A stretch of 11,140 bases of DNA from Methanoregula sp. (GTDB lineage: Archaea; Halobacteriota; Methanomicrobia; Methanomicrobiales; Methanospirillaceae): NCBI GenBank assembly GCA_039698055.1, contig JBDKTL010000034.1, forward strand, positions 1 through 11,140, written 5' to 3'. The position numbers and the translations under genes are program-made. Positions 1 through 6,705 of the stretch are shown here, in pieces; the first letter of the stretch is position 1; each line of letters starts with the position of its first letter. The notes under the pieces are model-generated. The model saw only the letters and a list, made by a program, of their open reading frames with translations, was not told where the DNA came from and did not search any database.

Positions 1-1
1 C

Positions 2-391
2 ATTGCGGATCTCTCGAAAAATACCGGCATTAACCGGGGAACCGCCCGGTATCATCTCTACCTTCTCCTTCTCGAACGAAAGGTTGTGCAAAAAAAATAT
101 GGGAAACTGAGTTATATTTTCGCCAACGGCGGCAGACCCCTTGAGAAAAAAAGAGTCTACGGATATATCATGAATCCGACAAAGCAGAAAATTCTCAATT
201 TGATTCTCGACCACCCAGGCATCAGCAATAAGGAGATCGCGGAGCGTTTGGATTTAAAACGGAACACGGTTCATTGGCATCTCCAACAGTTCATTGAAGA
301 GGAGATGGTTGCTTTCCGGTGGGATGGCAGGAACATGAACTATATCCTTTTACCGGAAGTTGAGGCTATACTAATGGAGTATAGGGGGTAA
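2..391 (+). CDS. Winged helix-turn-helix transcriptional regulator with tandem HTH domains (5'-truncated by window edge)
   Basis: The frame is open from base 2 (IADLSKNTGINRGTARYHLYLL..., first HTH) into the listed ORF 86..391. That part holds a second HTH (ILNLILDHPGISNKEIAERLDLKRNTVHWHLQQF) plus a wing. TAA at 389-391. Confidence 0.85.
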   Translation: MADLSKNTGINRGTARYHLYLLLLERKVVQKKYGKLSYIFANGGRPLEKKRVYGYIMNPTKQKILNLILDHPGISNKEIAERLDLKRNTVHWHLQQFIEEEMVAFRWDGRNMNYILLPEVEAILMEYRG

Positions 392-444
392 GATGTGCCG
401 GTGCTAATCGATACAGAGCGATTGAACTATGCGGAGAAGCGGCA

Positions 445-1005
445 TTACTTCTTTGTATACTTCTTACCGGCCGAGAACGCATCTTCAACCTGTTTTCCGA
501 GAGCGAAATAGGTGGACTGGGCGTATATGATCGGGTGGATCTTCGTGGCATCCGGTTTTTTGTCAGTCACACACGCCTTGTCGGCATGGATCTCGATGAC
601 TTCCCCGATATACAGCAGGTGGCTCCCGCAGTCGACGGATTTAAAGAGCCTGCATTCAATATTGACCGGACACTCTTCTGCCATGGGCGCCGTTTTGAGT
701 TTCCCGTAAAACGATGTACAGACTTTTGACTTGTCTTCCTGAGACCCGGAGACAATCCCGCAATAGTCAGCCTCGACGACGTGGCTGACGGACGGGATAT
801 TCAGGCTGAACGTTTTATTCTCCTCAATTCCCTTAGCCGTGAACCGGGTCTTGTTGATCGCAACACAGACCATCGGCGGCGCCATGCAGGCAACGGTTGC
901 CCATGCAGCGGTCATGTAGTTTGGCTTTCCCTTAACATTTGCACCTACGAGCACCGTAGGCATGACACTCATGTACGGCATCGGGCCGAGCGTGATTTTG
1001 TCCAT
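445..1005 (-). CDS. Flavin reductase family protein (flavoredoxin-like, FMN-binding split barrel)
   Basis: 186 aa with family motifs PTVLVGANVKGKPNYMTAAW, PPMVCVAI, FSLNIP, ADYCGIVSG, APMAEECPVNIEC and GSHLLYIGEV. Confidence 0.9.
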   Translation of the reverse strand: MDKITLGPMPYMSVMPTVLVGANVKGKPNYMTAAWATVACMAPPMVCVAINKTRFTAKGIEENKTFSLNIPSVSHVVEADYCGIVSGSQEDKSKVCTSFYGKLKTAPMAEECPVNIECRLFKSVDCGSHLLYIGEVIEIHADKACVTDKKPDATKIHPIIYAQSTYFALGKQVEDAFSAGKKYTKK

Positions 1006-1106
1006 GGTTTTTCCTCAGCATCATGATTGGTACAGGATGAGTTTAATGGTATCTTTTTTTTGGAATCCTGAAGCGCCTGCGTGAGGTTGTAACACCCGCC
1101 GGGAAG

Positions 1107-1124
1107 CGTTTTTCACGAAAAACG
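1107..1124. promoter_or_regulatory. Perfect inverted repeat CGTTTTTC-AC-GAAAAACG, candidate operator in the divergent intergenic region
   Basis: 8-bp arms (1107-1114 and 1117-1124) with a 2-nt spacer, about midway between the divergent starts at 1005 and 1203. Confidence 0.4.
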
Positions 1125-1202
1125 TATCCCCGTTATGTCCCAAAGAAGAGCACCAGAACCATTTTTAATCCACCGGATATATGAGTGGTGAGGAAATTTG
1201 CC

Positions 1203-1676
1203 ATGACAATCAGGGTTGCATTTTACTCGTGGAAAGGGCACACGGAGAAGGTCGCGTCCGCCCTGGCACAACAGCTGGATGCGGAACTGGTCCGGATAGA
1301 ACCCGTCAGCGAGGGTAACATAGCAATAAACGGGATGAAGGCGGCCTTTGGGATGAAATCGCCCATCAGACCAGCAAAGACCGATCTCGCGGGCATAGAT
1401 ACCCTCATTATCGCAAGCCCGGTCTGGGCCGGGAAAGTGCCTGCGTACGTAAACAAATACCTCGATTCAGTTACGGGCGGCAACGGGAAACCGTTCCATG
1501 TTATTGTCGAGATGGGGGGCAGTGGCGACCAGACCGCCATTGCTGTCGTAAGAAAGGCGCTTGAGCGGAAGGGAATGAAGTTTGTTTCGTCCATATCGAC
1601 CATCGAAAAGGACGTTGACAGCGGATCGTTCATGAGCACGATAGAAAAGTTTGCCAACGCGATTTCCGGCAAATAA
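1203..1676 (+). CDS. Flavodoxin family protein
   Basis: N-terminal phosphate loop AFYSWKGHTEKVA, followed by DLAGIDTLIIASPVWAGKVPAYVNKYL, typical of flavodoxin-like folds. ATG 1203 is preferred over GTG 1185 because SD GGTGAGG (1187-1193) precedes it. Confidence 0.85.
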   Translation: MTIRVAFYSWKGHTEKVASALAQQLDAELVRIEPVSEGNIAINGMKAAFGMKSPIRPAKTDLAGIDTLIIASPVWAGKVPAYVNKYLDSVTGGNGKPFHVIVEMGGSGDQTAIAVVRKALERKGMKFVSSISTIEKDVDSGSFMSTIEKFANAISGK

Positions 1677-1833
1677 CCGGTAAGGATCGGGGTGCTCCCA
1701 CAAGGGCATGCTGGTTTTCCGGTTCACCGGATGTTCATCACACATGCGGATGACAGCACATGCTCATCCCTAAAAAAATACCCATGCTTTTATACTGGAA
1801 ATGCCCCTTTTTTAGGGTGACCGGGGTTTTTGG

Positions 1834-3999
1834 TCAGAGGGTATCTTTTACACTCCCGTTCCTGAACCGTCCTTTGGGTATCCGTATTTCGAACCGGGCG
1901 CCCTTTCCCGGTTCACCGGTTTCGGCGATGGTGATGCCGGTAAATCCAAGGAGTTCCCGGATCATGAAGAGCCCGATACCGCCGATCCGGCTATACGCAA
2001 ACTCAAAAATTTTTTCTTTTTCATCCACCGGGATGCCAACACCATTATCTTCGTAGACAAGGATCGCAAAATCGCCATCGAGCCGCGTGGAGATATGGAT
2101 CGTGGCAAGCTTTGGCCCACCGGAGGTTAAGGAATTGCTCATAAGGCCAAACAGGCACCGGGAGAACAGGGGATCGGCAAATACTTCCAGCGTGCCGATA
2201 TCGGACTGGATATCGACCGCATGATCCGGGAGCATGAAAACGGCTTCAGATATGGCAGCACCAACCGGCTGCCATTTCGGCGCGGTTCCGCCAAGATTCT
2301 GGAATGCACGCACAAACGCAATCTGGTTTTTAATCGATTCCACCGAATGGATCGTCTTATCAAAAAACTGTTGCATCGACTCATGCGTGGTCTTGAGCTG
2401 GGCACGCTCAAGATGCGTCATGATAATGCCAAGCTGGTCGAGGATATCGCTCCTTGTGAGGCTGAATACCAGATCTTTTTTGAGGTTGTCGGTCTCGGTG
2501 GTGAAATCTTCGGCAATACCAAGAATATATCTCACAGACTGGTGCGAGTCATAGATCGGCACGAGGATCAGGTGAATTGTCCGGGCGCCAAGGGTTTTGG
2601 TCGTGATTGTTTTGTACTTGATCTCCACCCGTTTCAACAGCGCTTCACGGTCCTCCCGTTCGATCCCGTCAACAATTCCTGACGGGAACAATTCACGATC
2701 CGTTTTGCCGATCACCTCGCCTGCGGTATACCCGAACAACAGTTCACTGGTCCGGTTCCAGAAGGTGTAGATGCCGGTTTCCTGTTCCTTTAAAAAGACG
2801 GCAACCGGCAGCTGGTTAATCAGGTTTTCTTTGAAAATATCGTCGTCCTTTACCGTCAGGATCGCCGTCTTGAGAGAATCCACCATCGTGTTGATCCCAT
2901 CCTCAAGAGCCATGAATTCCCGCGTATCCGTGGTACCAACCCGGTGGCTGAGGTCCCCCTGTGCGATAACATCGACATCGGTCGCGATTGCCGATATCGG
3001 GCGCATCAGGTTCCGGGAAAATAAAATTGCAATAAGACATCCGATAATGATGGCGATAATGGCAATAACGATATGCAGCAGGATAAGGGCAGTCAGGGCA
3101 TCATGGATCAAGCCGGTATCATAAGTAAGTTCGACAATCCTGCTGGGATCGGATCCCGAATCATTGTTTTTCAGGTCGATGAAAAGGTAACGGGTCGTCA
3201 GATCGTTGTTGTTATCCCGGACCTCCAGATCCGATCGCGTTGCGATGACTTCTTTGAGGTATCCCTGTACTGACTCTTCCGGCAGGTCATTGGTACCTAT
3301 CTGGCGCTCCATCGTATTGAAAATCCGGTACCGGACCATGTAGGGATTCACCGATACAATATGCCCGATATTGTTCTGGTCATCGAGCCGGGTATTGATC
3401 GTGTCAAGAATCTCTCCGGTATAGCCTATTTCAAGAACATACCGGTGATCCGGTGTTGGCATATAGGCGAATTTTCTCAGTTCTCCCGCACCGAGCTGTG
3501 CACGGACAATCCGGTCAGGATAATATCCGGAAGTCTGTCGTATGGTTGAGAGGTAGTCATAAAAGTACGGGATCTTTTTAAAATCGATGCCCATTTCAGC
3601 CGGGGACGTCGATTCAACGATGACCCCGGTCGCATTGATGATATAGAGATCGTAACCCTCGCCAAGATTTTTTTTCAGGGTGACAAGATCCATGCGGGAT
3701 GGATCGCCATCGACACGTTCATATTCCTGCATGAACGGGTCAAATCCCTGTTCAATCCGTTCATTTAACGTATCCTCAAGAATATTCCACGCATCGTTGG
3801 TAAGAATCAGCGCTCCACGGATATTTTGTTCTGACTGGACCCGAAGCGTGTCCGATTGCGATTCAAACGAATTTTTCATATACACGTAATGGGTTACGGA
3901 GAGAAAGCCCACGAGAAATATGATGAGCATCACCATCGAGAGAAGAAGCTCCCGGGAGAACGACCATTTTTTAGGGGTTTTTGGGTCCTTGGTGCTCAT
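1834..3999 (-). CDS. Membrane sensor histidine kinase-like protein (TM1, extracytoplasmic Cache-like sensor, TM2, HAMP, PAS, degenerate DHp, HATPase_c)
   Basis: Two hydrophobic helices flank a ~260-aa extracytoplasmic region. HAMP: RPISAIATDVDVIAQGDLSHRV..EFMALEDGINTMVDSL. PAS: WNRTSELLFGYTAGEVIGKTDRELFP. ATPase boxes: YEDNGVGIP, KIFE, GIGLF, GKGARFEI. The start is ATG 3999 or GTG 4035. Confidence 0.88.
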   Translation of the reverse strand: MSTKDPKTPKKWSFSRELLLSMVMLIIFLVGFLSVTHYVYMKNSFESQSDTLRVQSEQNIRGALILTNDAWNILEDTLNERIEQGFDPFMQEYERVDGDPSRMDLVTLKKNLGEGYDLYIINATGVIVESTSPAEMGIDFKKIPYFYDYLSTIRQTSGYYPDRIVRAQLGAGELRKFAYMPTPDHRYVLEIGYTGEILDTINTRLDDQNNIGHIVSVNPYMVRYRIFNTMERQIGTNDLPEESVQGYLKEVIATRSDLEVRDNNNDLTTRYLFIDLKNNDSGSDPSRIVELTYDTGLIHDALTALILLHIVIAIIAIIIGCLIAILFSRNLMRPISAIATDVDVIAQGDLSHRVGTTDTREFMALEDGINTMVDSLKTAILTVKDDDIFKENLINQLPVAVFLKEQETGIYTFWNRTSELLFGYTAGEVIGKTDRELFPSGIVDGIEREDREALLKRVEIKYKTITTKTLGARTIHLILVPIYDSHQSVRYILGIAEDFTTETDNLKKDLVFSLTRSDILDQLGIIMTHLERAQLKTTHESMQQFFDKTIHSVESIKNQIAFVRAFQNLGGTAPKWQPVGAAISEAVFMLPDHAVDIQSDIGTLEVFADPLFSRCLFGLMSNSLTSGGPKLATIHISTRLDGDFAILVYEDNGVGIPVDEKEKIFEFAYSRIGGIGLFMIRELLGFTGITIAETGEPGKGARFEIRIPKGRFRNGSVKDTL

Positions 4000-4226
4000 A
4001 TCAGGTTTCTCACGTGCAAAATAATAGTTTGCCACAGGAATGCTTTCACGTCTGGGGAGTCAGTAGTGATTTTTCCCACAAGCTGATAAAGAAGATACTT
4101 TTTGTTTTTGCTAACCAAAAAAAAAGATCCGGACTGCGGGCAGGAGACCATCCGGGGTAAACAACAGAACGGGGGAGGCAGATACTGCCATTGTTATGCG
4201 TTCATCCCGGCTAAAGTTTTTTTTTT

Positions 4227-4233
4227 AAAAAAA
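4227..4233 (-). terminator. Oligo-U terminator candidate for the HEAT-repeat gene
   Basis: An A7 run on + (T7 on -) lies ~10 nt past the TAA at 4244-4246 and abuts a T10 run at 4217-4226. Confidence 0.4.
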
Positions 4234-4243
4234 GCGATTTGGA

Positions 4244-4846
4244 TTACTTCAGCGCGTCGTGAAATGCTTCTTTTACTTTCTCGTCTTTTTCAGTCTTAAG
4301 CGCCTTTTTAAGGGCCGTTGTGACATTGTCCCCGCCAATTGCGGCAAGTGCCCGTATTGCCATCATGCGGACATACGTGTTCTCGTCCTTTAACAGGATG
4401 ATCATCGGTTCAAGCGCATCGGAATCACGGAATTCGCGCAGTCCTTTTGCTGCCATGTAACGCACATGATCGCGGCTGTCGTTTAATGCCTGGATAAGCG
4501 GCTGAACCGCTTTGTCATCGGCAATTTTTCCCAGCGCTTCAGCGGCGCGGTACCGGGTCTCCCATTTTGGCTCTTTCATCGCAGCAGAGAGCGGTTCGAT
4601 TGCAGCTTTTCCCAGAGTGGAGAGCGCTAATGTTGCCTGCTCCCGCACAGACTTGTCGAAATCCGCCAGTGCTTCGATGAGCGGCTGGATCGCACGCGGG
4701 TTCTTTGCGGTGCCAAGCAGGTATGCAGCATATTGCCGTACCTGCGGATCGGTACTGTTGCGCAGGGCATCGATCATACCGTCAAGGCCCTGCTTGTCCA
4801 GATCCCCGGCACCTTCCGGAACCGGGGGTTTGTTTGCATCTGTCAT
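4244..4846 (-). CDS. HEAT repeat (PBS-lyase HEAT-like) protein
   Basis: About five ~31-aa repeats of the form D..VR..AA.ALG......A++PLI.AL (e.g. DPQVRQYAAYLLG, KWETRYRAAEALGKI, RDHVRYMAAKGL). ATG 4846 is chosen because a TATA box lies ~30 nt upstream, and the extension to 4984 does not look protein-like. Confidence 0.9.
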   Translation of the reverse strand: MTDANKPPVPEGAGDLDKQGLDGMIDALRNSTDPQVRQYAAYLLGTAKNPRAIQPLIEALADFDKSVREQATLALSTLGKAAIEPLSAAMKEPKWETRYRAAEALGKIADDKAVQPLIQALNDSRDHVRYMAAKGLREFRDSDALEPMIILLKDENTYVRMMAIRALAAIGGDNVTTALKKALKTEKDEKVKEAFHDALK

Positions 4847-4873
4847 GGTATTCAGATGAGATATCATGCTCAA

Positions 4874-4885
4874 ACTTATATAAGT
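4874..4885. promoter_or_regulatory. Palindromic TATA box (ACTTATATAAGT), probable promoter of the HEAT-repeat gene
   Basis: TTATATAA at 4876-4883 sits ~30 nt upstream of ATG 4846 on -, which suggests a near-leaderless transcript. The 12-mer is a perfect palindrome. Confidence 0.6.
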
Positions 4886-5124
4886 GCGATCACCGTTTAC
4901 ACAAAACAGGAGGGAAAAAGCAACCCGGCTCGCGATGCCATGGGAAGGAGGAAAAAAGATGGCGGATGTGGTGCCGCCATGCAATCATCACACATCCGGT
5001 TCACGAACAGGTATCGGTTGTGGATGTGGAAATGTTATGCTGCTGCTTTTTTTTAATAGCCCCTCACTCACGGGCTCGCGGTATCACCTCCCCGGTGTTT
5101 CTCTGAACTGCTGGTGCCTGTGCG

Positions 5125-5382
5125 TTATGGCAGGAGACAACAGCACATGGTTCCCGGCACCCGGGTTCTTTTTGGTTGTTTGCCCGAAAATACCGGACAG
5201 AACCGCCCGCAGACAGCCGGGTATTGCTTCAGGTTCGATGCGACGATCCGTACCTGGTTTAGGGTACATCGTGCGGTTGTCTTACGGAACGTGCGGACAA
5301 TATGCCAGCAGATGATGACGTTTGGTACAACAACAACGAGCAATGCAAGGAGCGTGATACAAACCGTCTGGACAGGAACCAT
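5125..5382 (-). CDS. Small putative single-pass membrane protein, Cys-rich (85 aa)
   Basis: SD GGTGA (5392-5388) lies 5 nt before the ATG. The N-terminal hydrophobic stretch VCITLLALLVVVVPNVIICWHIV is followed by basic RTFRK. 8 Cys in total. Confidence 0.45.
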   Translation of the reverse strand: MVPVQTVCITLLALLVVVVPNVIICWHIVRTFRKTTARCTLNQVRIVASNLKQYPAVCGRFCPVFSGKQPKRTRVPGTMCCCLLP

Positions 5383-5387
5383 TCAGA

Positions 5388-5540
5388 TCACCGATGTCCG
5401 TTGGTTGAGCCTGCCGGCACATCCCGGATATTCGTGCGGATTACAGGGGATGGAGCAAAACAGAACGACCGGCATCCCCATCGTGTCAGTCGCAGGTCGT
5501 GCTTGTGTAAAAGGGGATCTTCCCGGTATTGCGTCTGCAC
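5388..5540 (-). CDS. Putative small protein (50 aa, GTG start), not in the ORF track
   Basis: SD GGTGAGG (5550-5544) precedes GTG 5540. Translation: MQTQYREDPLLHKHDLRLTRWGCRSFCFAPSPVIRTNIRDVPAGSTNGHR. Its TGA lies inside the next gene's GGTGA SD. Confidence 0.3.
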   Translation of the reverse strand: MQTQYREDPLLHKHDLRLTRWGCRSFCFAPSPVIRTNIRDVPAGSTNGHR

Positions 5541-5545
5541 TGACC

Positions 5546-5659
5546 TCACCTGTTTCTTTTTGGGCAGGTGTTGAATGCTCTTGCCATCGGTTCATTTACG
5601 GATCTCCGTGTATTTTTTCTTGTCATGATTTCAGGTTCCTGTGTCGTGTGTCTATGCAT
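5546..5659 (-). CDS. Putative small basic protein (37 aa), not in the ORF track
   Basis: The upstream gene's stop forms GGTGA (5669-5665), followed by 5 nt and ATG 5659. An in-frame TGATG-overlap ATG also exists at 5665. Translation: MHRHTTQEPEIMTRKNTRRSVNEPMARAFNTCPKRNR. Confidence 0.3.
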   Translation of the reverse strand: MHRHTTQEPEIMTRKNTRRSVNEPMARAFNTCPKRNR

Positions 5660-5664
5660 GTGCA

Positions 5665-6453
5665 TCACCATCCGGTGTCATAAGAGGCGTATAATGGATC
5701 ATCCGGCCGTGTGGCTGCCGGCGGTGTAACCTGAATATCTCTTACCCACCGTGCAAGTCCCATGGATATGACATGGATCTCCTGGGATGCCTCTTCGATG
5801 CCTGCGTCGTCCCGATCATCAAGTGCGGCGACAAGCCTGCCATGCACCGCCGAGATCTCGTTAAGTTTCTCCTGTGCCGGGGTAATCTCATAACCGCGCT
5901 CCGATAAAAGGTTCAGGATATTCTGCGATGTTTTCACCCGCTGATCGAAGTCGGCAAGTACGCATTGTCTGCGGGTCTGCCAGAACTGGTCTTCGAGTGC
6001 ATGTACTTTTGCGCTGGTGTCTGCGGTTGCGTGAACTATGGCCCTGAGTTCTCCCGCACTCCCGTGCACAGCGTTCATCTGCACATCGGTCTCGTCACGG
6101 AACTGCCGGGTCTGGATGCGGAAAGACCCCAGTGCCTGCATAAGACCCGTACCAGATGCAATCGATGGCACTGATGCCGCTGATGCATGGAACGTTTCCA
6201 TGATCGCAGACAGTGACCCTGTCGTTGCACCCATTGAGGAGAGATAATCGATGGTTGCCTGCATTCCGTCCTCTTCCTTGCCGCACAGCCAGGTGAGATG
6301 TGCCTGCTGGACAGGGATTGGATTGTCGATGAGGGGAAACGTATCAATCGATAAGAGCGCTTCGGGTCCACCGGATGCATGTGCCGGCAGGATAAAAAAT
6401 GCAAGAAGAATCCATAGTGCTCCAAACAGCATCACGGTTTTTGCTGCAAACAT
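5665..6453 (-). CDS. Secreted, predominantly alpha-helical hypothetical protein
   Basis: 262 aa. Signal peptide MFAAKTVMLFGALWILLAFFILPAHA-S with an A-x-A cleavage site. The remainder has an amphipathic helical or coiled-coil pattern. Confidence 0.8.
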   Translation of the reverse strand: MFAAKTVMLFGALWILLAFFILPAHASGGPEALLSIDTFPLIDNPIPVQQAHLTWLCGKEEDGMQATIDYLSSMGATTGSLSAIMETFHASAASVPSIASGTGLMQALGSFRIQTRQFRDETDVQMNAVHGSAGELRAIVHATADTSAKVHALEDQFWQTRRQCVLADFDQRVKTSQNILNLLSERGYEITPAQEKLNEISAVHGRLVAALDDRDDAGIEEASQEIHVISMGLARWVRDIQVTPPAATRPDDPLYASYDTGW

Positions 6454-6674
6454 GTTTTTCTGACCTCAAACGTTTGATGAGAAGATTCCATTTTTTGGAA
6501 TCCTTACCAGAGAATCAACCAGGAGTATATTAAATTCGTAAAATTGCCGGAGTTGATTTGTATAACCGGGCGGTTAGCTGTATGCTGGTAAAAGAAGAGA
6601 TTTACAAACGACGGTTGAGCGATAAATCCCAAATATTATCTCATGACTTCAAAAATATTCGCAGTTTACCATTA

Positions 6675-6685
6675 TTATATATAAA
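6675..6685 (+). promoter_or_regulatory. TATA box of the DUF4349-type lipoprotein gene
   Basis: TTATATATAAA lies 21-31 nt upstream of ATG 6706. No SD is present, consistent with a leaderless mRNA. Confidence 0.6.
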
Positions 6686-6705
6686 TCTGTGCAGATAATT
6701 TGGAT

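Noticed and set aside
1760-4086. Many + strand ORFs over the kinase, and similar ones over other genes
   Set aside because: These are antisense shadows of well-supported CDSs.
4847-4984. 46-aa N-terminal extension of the HEAT-repeat ORF
   Set aside because: It runs through the gene's own TATA box and is not repeat-like. ATG 4846 fits better.
5383-5595. 70-aa minus-strand ORF in frame with the 85-aa ORF (possible 156-aa readthrough product)
   Set aside because: It overlaps the 37-aa and 50-aa ORFs, which have better SD-coupled geometry, and the 85-aa ORF has its own SD. Disfavoured but not strictly excluded.
4884-5683. Plus-strand ORFs 4884..5315, 5114..5683 and 5302..5574
   Set aside because: They have no recognisable domains and an atypical Cys/Arg/Ser-rich composition, and most SD-start signals in this stretch are on the minus strand.
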